DNA of 64,000 nucleotides from Nitrospirota bacterium (GTDB lineage Bacteria; Nitrospirota; Thermodesulfovibrionia; Thermodesulfovibrionales; SM23-35): NCBI GenBank assembly GCA_040754395.1, contig JBFMCL010000010.1, positions 43,620 to 107,619 of the forward strand, read 5' to 3'. Shown piece by piece: positions 56,801 to 64,000 of this stretch (position 1 is its first letter; each line of letters starts with the position of its first letter). The notes under the pieces were generated by a model. It saw only the letters and a program-made list of their open reading frames with translations, ran no database searches and was not told where the DNA came from. The position numbers and the translations under genes were made by a program.

Positions 56801-59456
56801 AAAGCACATCACCCGGCTTCTGAAGCATATCCAGGACAGAGGCAAACAAGGAAGGAATCAGGATGATGCCGATCACCGACAGAGTCCAAAACAATGCCGA
56901 TGGCATGACCGTCCAGCTCAGCAGCAACAGCAGTGTCAACGCCGAAGGCACGAGACTACGCCGAAGGTTGTCGAAGATCTTCCATTGGGACAGTCCAGAG
57001 AGTGGATTCTTCTGAAGGCGCGCATCAGGATCGGAACCAGGCACACCCGACAGCAGCCACCGCGCAATCTGCCAATCCCCGCGAATCCAGCGGTACCGTC
57101 GGCTCACGTCCGCGCTGTAGCGAGATGGATATTCCTCGTACACTATTACATCGCTCAACAGCCCCGCCCGTGCATAACACCCTTCCAGAAGATCATGGCT
57201 AAGGATCCGGTTCTTGGGGAAGCGTCCATTAAGCGCACGCTCGAATGCATCGACGTCATAGATTCCCTTGCCGATGAACGATCCTTCATGAAAGAGGTCT
57301 TGGTAAACATCTGAGACGGTTCGCGTATACGGATCGATGCCAGGCTCACTCCCGCACATTCTCGCATACCGCGACCGGTTTGTGCCCGGTAAGCTCGCAG
57401 CCACGCGTGGCTGCAAAATGCCGTACCCAGCAACGACACGCTGCTTGTCTTCGTCGTAGTGCGCGCGATTCAGCGGGTGCGCCATGGCTCCCACAAACTG
57501 CTGCGCCGAGTCGCGTGGTAGCTGCGTATCCGTGTCAAGGGTGATCACGTACTTCACCTTCGATAAAACTGCAGTATTACCAACGACGAGTGAGAAGCGG
57601 TCCCTTGAGCCGCCGCGCAGAAGCGAATTCAATTCCGCGAGCTTCCCTCGTTTACGCTCGTAACCCATCCAAATCCGCTCCTGAGGATTCCATAGGCGCG
57701 GGCGATGAAAAAGGAAAAAAGTATCGTCTTTTGCTCGCCTGTACTTTTTATTCAGCTGTTCGATTTTTTCCCGGACCAGCCGCAACAGCGGTTCGTCCTC
57801 CGGCATTGTTTCCTCGGCCGCGTCCAGAAAATCAGTCAGCAGGCCGAAGTGCAGGTTATCGTCCCTATTTGCCAAGAACCGGACTTCAAGTGCCTCGATC
57901 AGATCCTCGATGGTTTGAGTGCGTATGAGCATGGTCGGGACCACGACCAGAGCGCTCGAATCAGGCGGAATTCCTTTGGAGAAGTTCATTTTCGGCAGGG
58001 GATGCGGGGTTGCCAGTAACGTCGCCATCCAGTTCACCAGAGCCACCGCAAGGTGACTTGAGCAGAGAAGCGAGAGGGTTCCGACCAGCGCGAGTGACCA
58101 ACCGTGAATCCCGTCGGTATGAGCTTTAGCCAGCAAACTCCCGGTGAAGACTACCGCCAGCAACGTTATTGTGCCTATATAGATGGGCAAAGGAAATTTG
58201 CGGCCAATTCTCCGAAGAGCCTCAAGGGCAGAACAATGAACCCCCGCCGTTTGTTCAAGTTGTGGAAATCCCTTGTCGATCAGGTAAAAGCCGACATGTG
58301 CAGTTCTATCGTCACCGCCTTTTCTGGCGGCGGCATCGTGCGAAAGATCAATCGCTTTGCGTGCTACCTCGCCCTCAGATAGCCGGCTGCTCTTTGCTAT
58401 CTTCTCCACCACGTGACGGTAGCGATCACGGGTCGCAAAATCCATCTTTCCGTAAACGCCGTCCGTGTCCTCACGCAGAGTCTGTTCAACAATGCTCATC
58501 GTCTCGACGAACTCTCGCCAGTCCATCGCGTCCAGAAAACGGAGGCTGACAATGCTGTTGCTCATCGAGACCTGATCAGCGGCCTGTTTCTGGTTCTCCG
58601 ACTGTACCAGCTGCTTGATCGTCAGGCCATACTCGGAGAGTTGCTGCTCAATCCAAGTGAGAGGCATTGCCAATGCGGGACCATGTCCCTGCAAACGGCG
58701 CGTAAATTCCGCAACAAACGAACTCACCATCGGCGGGTTCGAGCGTGCCATGTCCGCAATCGCTAAAATCAGGCTTTTCGGGTCATTTTCAGCTATTTCC
58801 GTCATCTTATCCGCCCAATAGTCAGCGTGGTTTTGATCTATTCTGTCAGCGGCAATCCGGGTTCCAATGCGCCGGAGATTTTCGATCAGTGCCAGGCGCA
58901 ACATGATGGGGATTGCCCACAATTCTCCCAACTTCAGGGCGGTGACCGTTTGATAGGCTGTAATAAAATTGTAGAGGCTCTCCGGATCTACCCGCCCATC
59001 GCCATGTGAGATCGTCTCCTGCGCGATGTCATACACGCGCGGAAGACCAGCCGATGAACCATTCAGCAGTCGAGGCAGTTCACGGCTGTACCCCTTTGGC
59101 AAGTGTCTCCTGGCCGCGCGAATCTGCTCTTCAATAAGATAGAAGTTATCGAGCAGCCATTCCCCGGCCGGCGTAATACGGCGGTTTGCCTTAATAGCCT
59201 CCATCAGCAGGTTGCGGACTCCAAGCAGCACGTTTTCGTTCTCAGCCAGCCGTTTCAGAAGCCGGTCCCGTGCACGTCCCAGACCCAACTTGTGCAAGCC
59301 CGCTAGGGTTTTGCCATGCTGCTCCATCTGATAGCTGCTGAACAGTTCTGATCGTAGCGGTGGCTCTTTGTCAACCCACTTTTGTGTCTGGCTGTTTCCG
59401 CGGAGCCTTGTCCGTAAATGGAACAGGTTTCCAAGAATGCTGCTGCTTATCTTCAA
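50823..59456 (-). CDS. ndvB: Cyclic beta-1,2-glucan synthase (Cgs/ChvB/NdvB-type): GT84 synthase, membrane segments, glucoamylase-like domain, GH94 phosphorylase
   Basis: GYERKRGKL, ITLDTDTQL, SHDLLEG, RRYRWIRGDWQ, YDLLASEARL, SGYYQSAGAFGFRDQLQD, GDWNDGM, RENGGQYTHG; TTG start after SD AAGGAGG. Confidence 0.9.
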   Translation of the reverse strand: MKISSSILGNLFHLRTRLRGNSQTQKWVDKEPPLRSELFSSYQMEQHGKTLAGLHKLGLGRARDRLLKRLAENENVLLGVRNLLMEAIKANRRITPAGEWLLDNFYLIEEQIRAARRHLPKGYSRELPRLLNGSSAGLPRVYDIAQETISHGDGRVDPESLYNFITAYQTVTALKLGELWAIPIMLRLALIENLRRIGTRIAADRIDQNHADYWADKMTEIAENDPKSLILAIADMARSNPPMVSSFVAEFTRRLQGHGPALAMPLTWIEQQLSEYGLTIKQLVQSENQKQAADQVSMSNSIVSLRFLDAMDWREFVETMSIVEQTLREDTDGVYGKMDFATRDRYRHVVEKIAKSSRLSEGEVARKAIDLSHDAAARKGGDDRTAHVGFYLIDKGFPQLEQTAGVHCSALEALRRIGRKFPLPIYIGTITLLAVVFTGSLLAKAHTDGIHGWSLALVGTLSLLCSSHLAVALVNWMATLLATPHPLPKMNFSKGIPPDSSALVVVPTMLIRTQTIEDLIEALEVRFLANRDDNLHFGLLTDFLDAAEETMPEDEPLLRLVREKIEQLNKKYRRAKDDTFFLFHRPRLWNPQERIWMGYERKRGKLAELNSLLRGGSRDRFSLVVGNTAVLSKVKYVITLDTDTQLPRDSAQQFVGAMAHPLNRAHYDEDKQRVVAGYGILQPRVAASLPGTNRSRYARMCGSEPGIDPYTRTVSDVYQDLFHEGSFIGKGIYDVDAFERALNGRFPKNRILSHDLLEGCYARAGLLSDVIVYEEYPSRYSADVSRRYRWIRGDWQIARWLLSGVPGSDPDARLQKNPLSGLSQWKIFDNLRRSLVPSALTLLLLLSWTVMPSALFWTLSVIGIILIPSLFASVLDMLQKPGDVLLRQHLAASVRSARRRFAQVVFSLVCLPYEAFYSLDALMRTTWRMLVTRKRLLEWSPSGITAHSSHAEIVASYRMMWIAPIIAFVAMIYLTISRPEVLAVAVPILGFWFASPAIAWWISRPLARRGARLTEEQTFFLRKLARKSWAFFDTFVDPEDNWLPPDYYQEYPVAVAVHRTSPTNMGLALLANLSAYDFGYISTGQLIKRTANAFHTMKTLERYRGHFYNWYSTQSLKPLSPYYISTVDSGNLAGHLLTLRQGLLALPDQKIIGARLFDGLSDTLMILVGIFADTPGVIAPAGIAHLRQGMESALKSPPTTLMAARQCLDHLALSAAEVVVGFDADRENLAGWWARAFARQCRDALDELTLLNPPAVSVIDEIPTLRELAGTGNQSAIERIAAIEQLALQSGELARMEYDFLFDEERHLLTIGYNVGERRRDSSYYDLLASEARLCSFVAIAQEQLPQESWFTLGRLLTTTSGEPILLSWGGSMFEYLMPLLVMPTYENTLLDQTYKAAVAGQIEYGKRRGVPWGISESGYNVIDGHLNYQYRAFGVPGLGLQRGLSGDLVIAPYASALALMVAPEEACMNLQRLSAEGFEGKYGFYEAIDYTPSRLPRGQSSAVVRSFMAHHVGMSLLSLAYLLLDRPMQKRFESDPVFQATMLLLQERVPKATAFYSHTAELSYIKGASSVTGMPVRVFNSPDTPLPEVQLLSNGRYHVMITNAGGGYSRWKDIAVTRWHEDTTRDNWGTFCYLRDVASGEFWSTAYQPTLKRPANQSNNYEAIFSEAKVEFRCRDHDFDTHTEIAVSPEDDIELRRVRITNRARTRRAIDVTSYAEVVLAPSAAEALHPAFSNLFVQTEIIRQQQAILCTRRPRSQGEQTPWMFHLMAVHEAEIGEVSYETDRMQFIGRGNTVENPQAMSGADGFFTGALSDSEGSVLDPIVAIRYRITLDPEKSVTINIVSGIGETRDVCLGLVEKYRDRHLADRVFDLAWTHGQVFLRQFNATEADAQLYGRLASSIIYANSSLRAEPSVLIKNHRGQSGLWGYAISGDLPIVLVQIEDPTNIELVRQLVQAHAYWRLKGLAIDLVIWNEDHAGYRQLLQDQIMGLIAAGTEANVTNRPGGIFLRPADQISEEDRILIQTVARAIITDSRGALADQINRRSLVEVTVPLLTLTRTHRSEPLAVGALPRHDLAFFNGLGGFTADGREYVITTAYGQMTPAPWVNVLANPHFGSIISESGLAYTWSENAHEFRLTPWGNDPVSDSSGEAFYIRDEERGHFWSPMPLPSRGATPYVTRHGFGYSVFEHTERGIHSEVWVYVAMDAPIKFTVLKVRNESGRSRRLSTTGYVEWVLGDLRTKSSMHVITEIDPNSGALFARNSYNTEFRNRTAFFDVDDTNRSLSGDRTEFLGRNGTLRSPAAMKRSRLSGKVGAALDPCAAIQIPFELADGQEREIIFRLGVGQDANDADNLLRRFRGSAVARFTLETVWQYWNKTLGAVNVETPDPTVNVLTNGWLLYQTIACRLWARSGYYQSAGAFGFRDQLQDVMALIHTEPRLVREHILLCAARQFQEGDVQHWWHHPSGRGVRTHCSDDFLWLPLATCRYVISTGDTGVLDESVYFIEGRPVNADEDSYYDLPKRSEQATSLYDHCVRAILRGISLVGVHGLPLIGSGDWNDGMNVVGEHGKGESVWLGFFLYEVLMRFTDIARIHDDLPFVERCEREAAQLRRNIEQNGWDGEWYRRAYFDDGSPLGSASNPECQIDSIPQSWSVLSGAGDAERSRMAMEAVDKRLVNREHALVQLLDPPFDRSNLNPGYIKGYVPGVRENGGQYTHGAIWTAMAFAQLGDSRRAWELLAMINPINHAKLPEGIATYKVEPYVVAADVYAFPPHTGRGGWTWYTGSAGWMYRLIVESLLGLRLNIDKLSFAPCLPADWETFKVHYRYRETIYHITVLQTRTGNGGTRVIVDGVERDDQAIPLVDDRQEHSVEVRIPSPGD

Positions 59457-59652
59457 GTTTAAGGCCTCCTTCTGAGAAACAAAGTCTCAGCAAATAGGAT
59501 AGCAATCAGGGTGGTGACTTTAGTCTATCCCCTTTTGGTAGTTTTCTTGACAGTTAATTGATACCAGCTCATTCTTCACCTTTCATAGTAACTATTAATA
59601 AAGCAGGAGCAAAACACCCTTCATGAGTCATTGATCAACGATAGAGGACAGG

Positions 59653-60108
59653 TCAGAAGAACGCTACAATGCGATCAAAGGACTTTCTTAAACGATCTGA
59701 TACTGTAAGTAACATCCCCTTCAGGAGTTTGGCTCCCACACCGGGATTTGTCTCGATAAGTCTATCCAGGTTTTCCTGAGTAATAATCGCAAGTAAGATA
59801 TCTTCAAGTGCTACCGCTGTAACTTTCCTGAGACTCTCATCAAGAATGCATAATGCACCCTTGCTGTATATGCCCATAATCACATTCATGCCTCCGAACT
59901 CCGCCTCTTTCTTTATTTCCACCCTGCCTGAAACAATAACAGCGATATAATCGAAAGGGTCCTCTTTTTTCCAGAGAGTCTCACCTGCTGGGATATGCTT
60001 GCTTTCAAAAAAAGCGGACAGATCTTCGAAATCTTCATCGCTCAGAAATTTGAATACGCTCTTTCTTCCTTTCATAGAAGTAAAGAGGTCTTTCAATGCA
60101 TTACTCAT
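59653..60108 (-). CDS. Stand-alone cyclic-nucleotide-binding domain protein
   Basis: AGETLWKKEDP..YIAVIVSGRVEIKK cNMP fold; no HTH; start abuts the upstream stop. Confidence 0.85.
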   Translation of the reverse strand: MSNALKDLFTSMKGRKSVFKFLSDEDFEDLSAFFESKHIPAGETLWKKEDPFDYIAVIVSGRVEIKKEAEFGGMNVIMGIYSKGALCILDESLRKVTAVALEDILLAIITQENLDRLIETNPGVGAKLLKGMLLTVSDRLRKSFDRIVAFF

Positions 60109-60109
60109 A

Positions 60110-60493
60110 TCAAACCCACTCCCCATCTTTCCATCTCTTTTTGTATTTTTCAAGCATGATAAAAGCAAGCCAGAGTTTTTCCATACTATCAAACTTATCA
60201 AAGTATGATGCCTTGTCGCCCATCAAAACATTACTGAATGCTATGGCTAAATCCCAGGCCGTTGCATATTTTTCGATTACCATATCCTGTAGCTGGTCCT
60301 GTCTTGGAAGCCAGACAGCCTTTATTGTTTTTAAGTAAGATACCTTCTTCTCAAGATCACTTGTAATTGGCTGACATGCTGAGGTCAGACCTAATGACAT
60401 CGAGACAAAAAAATCTCCAAAATCAGGTTTCCACCGCTTTTGTATTACTTTTGAACTTTCACACAGCGTGATATATTGAGACGATTTATCCAT
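60110..60493 (-). CDS. Hypothetical protein (WLPRQDQLQ / SMEKLWLAF motifs)
   Basis: SD AGGAGG; 127-aa ORF in operon context. Confidence 0.7.
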   Translation of the reverse strand: MDKSSQYITLCESSKVIQKRWKPDFGDFFVSMSLGLTSACQPITSDLEKKVSYLKTIKAVWLPRQDQLQDMVIEKYATAWDLAIAFSNVLMGDKASYFDKFDSMEKLWLAFIMLEKYKKRWKDGEWV

Positions 60494-60608
60494 AAAACCT
60501 CCTGATTGTTAAATCCGTTACATGCAAATCCTTCAGCCCACGTCAATCCCTTCTACCCAATGAGTTCGATTACTGTCTTAAGCGTACCATTGTTCGGTAA
60601 ATAAAATT

Positions 60609-60815
60609 TTAATTTTTCTTGAATAACTTCATCCTAAAAAGAGATGCTGCACTTACTCCGATAATAGCACCTGCCAATCCAGTGAGAAATAAAACGATTG
60701 CAAGGGACGCCTCGAATTTCCATGCGAAAAAAGAAATTACAACAGGTATCGCATTCTGTACAGAAAAGATCGTCACTACCGCAATGATGATAACCATGAT
60801 TATTAATGTGATCAT
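60609..60815 (-). CDS. LapA/DUF1049-like small membrane protein
   Basis: Two hydrophobic segments flanking FSVQNA..V...FFAW.F. Confidence 0.8.
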   Translation of the reverse strand: MITLIIMVIIIAVVTIFSVQNAIPVVISFFAWKFEASLAIVLFLTGLAGAIIGVSAASLFRMKLFKKN

Positions 60816-60927
60816 ATTACCCTCTTTGTTTTGTTAATAATTTGTACTACTTCCTTCTTAAACTTTTCGAAACCAGAAGCTCGATTACTGTTCGGGCAGA
60901 AACCAGATCGGCAATATACCGCCCCGG

Positions 60928-61263
60928 TCAACTATGGGTTACCATTACCTTTTCAATGCGCAGCAACTTTCCTTGGGAATCATTATAGTTATATTTTTGT
61001 GCAGTCTCATCTTTTGTCCTTTCTTGGTCATATGCGTAATGCCCGATTAAGCTTCCCGCAAGTGCTCCCGCAAGCCCTCCAAGTATTGCCATTTCAGTCT
61101 TTGCCCCTTTTGAACCCAAGAGCGCACCGGCTGCTGCGCTGCTTGCTGCACCGATTCCGGCTCCTGTTGTCGCACCCTAATGCTCTTCCCCAAAAGTTGC
61201 ACATCCTAACACTCCCGCAAAAAACGTAAGAATGACAATGATGGAAATAATTTTTCGATACAT
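60928..61263 (-). pseudogene. Glycine-zipper lipoprotein with in-frame TAG and apparently truncated C-terminus
   Basis: Lipobox VLGC; EEH-TAG (61177-61179); frame continues GATTGAGIGAA...GGLAGALAGSLIGHY. Confidence 0.75.
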
Positions 61264-61328
61264 GTCTTATCTTCCTCTTAAGTATTTAATGGAACGTTGC
61301 TTTGTGGCTTCTCTTCCTTTGATCCCTT

Positions 61329-61430
61329 TCAATTTTCAGTAGATTCCTTCACCTTTTCTCCCGCTTCCTCTGCAGACTCTTTTATCTTTTCCCCTGCTTC
61401 AAGAGTTTTCTGCAGGATTTGCTGTGTCAT
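61329..61430 (-). CDS. 33-aa LEA-like repeat peptide or gene remnant
   Basis: MTQQILQKTLEAGEKIKESAEEAGEKVKESTEN; ATGA overlap with the radical SAM stop; 11-aa periodicity. Confidence 0.4.
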   Translation of the reverse strand: MTQQILQKTLEAGEKIKESAEEAGEKVKESTEN

Positions 61431-62932
61431 TGAGTGCCCTCGCCAAAAAGGCGTTTTTCAAAGATCTTGCGGAAATGAAAACCGTAAATCGAGAGGGTAA
61501 CGGCCTGGGGAAGAAGGCGGGGACGGCTGATCACAGTCCAGAACAGCAGCCTCCAATAGTGGAAGCGTTCTTTTCCAACTATCCCGAGGACAACAATTGA
61601 CCTGAAGAATGCGCCAAAATAGTGTGGCCGAAATCGTAAAACCTTCTTCTTATTCTTGGGAGGGATGTATTCCCTCAGAAATGTCCTGACCCTTTCGTAG
61701 TAGTGCCTTGGCGAATACAGGGTGCTGAGGACCTTCTTATAGCCGTTTATCAGCAGGTTATAGTCCATCCTGGGGATAAAATTTGTCGAGAAATCCGTAT
61801 TGTTCCCTGAAGTCTCTTTCACCAGGCGCTGCTCCTTCTTCAATCTCTCGTAGAGTTGTGTGCGCGGAAGGGCAATGAGAATGCCGACCATGGCCGTGAC
61901 AACACCACTTTTCTGAATGAACTTTATCTGGGTATCAAAAATCGTAAGGGGATCGTTGTCAAAACCGACAATGAATCCTCCCTGCACCTCAAGGCCGGAC
62001 TTCTGTATCTTCCTGACACTGACGAGGAGATCTCGGTTCTTATTCTGGAATTTGTTGCATTCTGCCAAGCTCTGCTCATGGGGAGTCTCAATGCCGATGA
62101 AGACGACATCGAATCCTGCCCTTACCATCATCTCCATGAGGTCTTTATGGTCGGATAGTTCTATGGATGCTTGCGTATTGAAGGAGAAAGGATGTTTTCT
62201 CCAATCCATCCACTCGATGATGGCGGGGAGGACCTCCTCTTTTAGCTTTTTCTTGTTCCCGATAAAATTGTCGTCAACAAAGAAGACCTGGCCCCTGAAC
62301 CCTGATACGTAAACACTTTCGATCTCCCTGATAATCTGGTCTTTATCTTTTGTGCGTGGCGTACGACCACAAAGCAGGGTAATGTCACAAAACTCGCAGT
62401 TGAAGGGGCAGCCCCGGGAATACTGGATATTGATTGAGGCATAGTGCTTCATATTGATAAGTCCCCAGAGCGGAATGGGTGTCTTCCGTATGTCTGCCCA
62501 CTGATCAGTGGTATAGAAATGGCCTGCATTACCTTTCTCGAGATCTTCCAGAAAACTGGGCAAGGTAATTTCGGCTTCGTTCAGCACCAGATGATCAATC
62601 GCTCCGAACGCCTCATATTCGGTCGTGAAAAGAGGACCTCCGGCGACAATCCTGACGCCGACGGTTTTGCATCTCTGAATCACTTCTTTGACCGATTCTT
62701 TCTGGACAGACATCGCGCTTATAAAAACGAGGTCAGCCCACTTTATGGCCTCGTCATCCAGGCTTTCCACGTTCATGTCGACCAGTCGTTTCTCCCATGC
62801 TTCAGGAAACATGGCTGCAATGGTCAACAATCCGAGAGGTGGACTGCTCGCCTTTCTGTGAATGAATTTCAACGCATACCTGAAACTCCAGAAGGTATCC
62901 GGGAATTCAGGATATATGAGGAGTGCTTTCAT
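61427..62932 (-). CDS. B12-binding domain radical SAM protein (DUF4070 type)
   Basis: SPPLGLLT, RGCPFNCEFC (CxxxCxxC), FFVDDNF, GFIVGFD; start 62932 after SD AAGGAG. Confidence 0.93.
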   Translation of the reverse strand: MKALLIYPEFPDTFWSFRYALKFIHRKASSPPLGLLTIAAMFPEAWEKRLVDMNVESLDDEAIKWADLVFISAMSVQKESVKEVIQRCKTVGVRIVAGGPLFTTEYEAFGAIDHLVLNEAEITLPSFLEDLEKGNAGHFYTTDQWADIRKTPIPLWGLINMKHYASINIQYSRGCPFNCEFCDITLLCGRTPRTKDKDQIIREIESVYVSGFRGQVFFVDDNFIGNKKKLKEEVLPAIIEWMDWRKHPFSFNTQASIELSDHKDLMEMMVRAGFDVVFIGIETPHEQSLAECNKFQNKNRDLLVSVRKIQKSGLEVQGGFIVGFDNDPLTIFDTQIKFIQKSGVVTAMVGILIALPRTQLYERLKKEQRLVKETSGNNTDFSTNFIPRMDYNLLINGYKKVLSTLYSPRHYYERVRTFLREYIPPKNKKKVLRFRPHYFGAFFRSIVVLGIVGKERFHYWRLLFWTVISRPRLLPQAVTLSIYGFHFRKIFEKRLFGEGTQ

Positions 62933-62950
62933 GGAATTCTCCTTATCCAT

Positions 62951-63265
62951 TTATTTTTTCTTTTCCACCTTCAAGCTGCTCACAACAGATTTAACGCATC
63001 TGATTTGCCTGATTTTTGACACAATCCGCTCCTCAGCCTTTTTGTCATGTATGAACCCATCGAGCACAACATTTCCCTGATTAGAGGAAACATCGATTTT
63101 CCAATAACCAGCGTCAGGTTCATTGATGATTATCGCATTCGCCTGCGTAGTAATGTTCGAGTCATCGATATATTCCCCTGCTGTTCTGCCCGTTATAGAA
63201 GCGCAGCCTGAAAACAAGGCTAATCCAAAGACCGTTAATACTGTCAGCAAAATAACGTTCTTCAT
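62951..63265 (-). CDS. BON-domain lipoprotein (OsmY-like)
   Basis: Lipobox FSGC; IDDSNIT..., IDVSSNQGNVVLDG, VKSVVSSL. Confidence 0.88.
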   Translation of the reverse strand: MKNVILLTVLTVFGLALFSGCASITGRTAGEYIDDSNITTQANAIIINEPDAGYWKIDVSSNQGNVVLDGFIHDKKAEERIVSKIRQIRCVKSVVSSLKVEKKK

Positions 63266-63453
63266 TGCTCTCCTCCTTTCTTTTGATGCACCGTTAAAAG
63301 AACTAACTGTGCACCTTCAAATTAGCAAATCATTCACACAAGTCTTCGTCCCTGAATGATCCTAATCAGCAGCGCAACGACCGCTTGTTATATGACATCA
63401 TACCTCACGTGCATACATCGAACCTGACAGCATATCCCCATAAAGGAGAGGGC

Positions 63454-63807
63454 TTAAATAACCTTCCTCGCCATCTCCGAGCCATCTGTCTTGAGGAAAA
63501 TTTCTATGAGTTCCATTCCCGCTGTATGAGACACAGTGTTGAAGCGCAATTCAGGTTGCTCGCTCAGGAGATCCATGAGCACGAGCAGTCGCCGCTGATT
63601 GTCTGTGCGTATGTGGGTCTCAAGATCTTCCTGTGTATTCCATTCCTCCACCAGGATGAAGGTATTTCTGTCTTCTACATCTTCATAGAGGCGATAACTC
63701 AGACAGCCCCTTTCGACCCGCGTGGGTTCGAGCATCCCCCGCATCGTTTCTAAAAAATCTCTCCGCATTGCAGGTCTGACAATCATTCTTAATGTCACAA
63801 GTATCAC
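63454..63807 (-). CDS. ABM-family (putative quinol monooxygenase) protein
   Basis: TRVERGCLSYRLY...FILVEEW...LETH; GTG start after SD GGAGG. Confidence 0.88.
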   Translation of the reverse strand: MILVTLRMIVRPAMRRDFLETMRGMLEPTRVERGCLSYRLYEDVEDRNTFILVEEWNTQEDLETHIRTDNQRRLLVLMDLLSEQPELRFNTVSHTAGMELIEIFLKTDGSEMARKVI

Positions 63808-63834
63808 AGTGCCTCCTGGCTATTAGGATTCAGA

Positions 63835-63968
63835 CTATTGTCCTGAAGACCTTTCGATGGCTCGTCCGCCACTCTCTATTCCTGACCGATACCGTAGACG
63901 GTATGGCAGCCCAATAGTATCCACATACACATAAGAAGCATAGTTGTTGCTTCAATCTTCCTTATCAT
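63835..63968 (-). pseudogene. Entericidin A/B-like lipoprotein with 1-nt frameshift
   Basis: LLGCHTVYGIGQ, then in a shifted frame IESGGRAIERSSGQ*; 134 nt, one short of 45 codons; SD AAGGAG. Confidence 0.75.
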
Positions 63969-64000
63969 TTCTCTCTCCTTCAAATAAACGTTAATGTCTC

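Noticed and set aside
60928-63968. Amber readthrough (pyrrolysine or recoding) as the cause of internal TAGs
   Set aside because: Only one TAG is truly in frame; the entericidin TAG arises from a frameshift, neighbouring genes show deletions, and TAG is a normal stop elsewhere (purF, ispD).

Overview
Bacterial chromosomal window; gene style suggests Nitrospirota or Desulfobacterota (inference, not verified). Layout: (i) 1-431, the 3' end of a GAF sensor gene. (ii) 623-10761, an AT-richer three-gene minus-strand operon of secreted proteins: a 2430-aa multidomain surface protein with an HExxH domain, a 193-aa partner and a 751-aa protein with Zn-phospholipase C / S1-P1 nuclease-type motifs. It is divergent from tRNA-Phe(GAA). 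(iii) 11.4-30.6 kb, mostly housekeeping: mltD-like, TPR, PHP, prmA-like, comF, PilZ, purA, serA, class-V aminotransferase, DegQ-like protease, PIN/TRAM, ispD, ispF, selB, M29 aminopeptidase, purF, selA. A branched, highly structured element sits between ispF and selB. (iv) 30.9-38.2 kb, an all-cytoplasmic signalling cluster (two hybrid kinases, NarL-type regulator, lone REC, Cys-rich HD-GYP). (v) TIGR04282/TIGR04283-type transferases, TldD/PmbA, USP, pseudo-REC-PilZ, a small Cys-rich ORF and an S1 paralog. (vi) A HUH (RAYT/Y1-like) transposase bounded by 18-bp perfect inverted repeats. (vii) 47.6-64 kb, a decaying accessory island around a 2877-aa cyclic beta-1,2-glucan synthase, with stress-type genes, several pseudogenes and two internal paralog remnants. 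No CRISPR array, rRNA or phage structural genes were seen. The strongest candidates for novelty are the secreted three-gene cassette, the inverted-repeat-bounded HUH element and the structured intergenic element.
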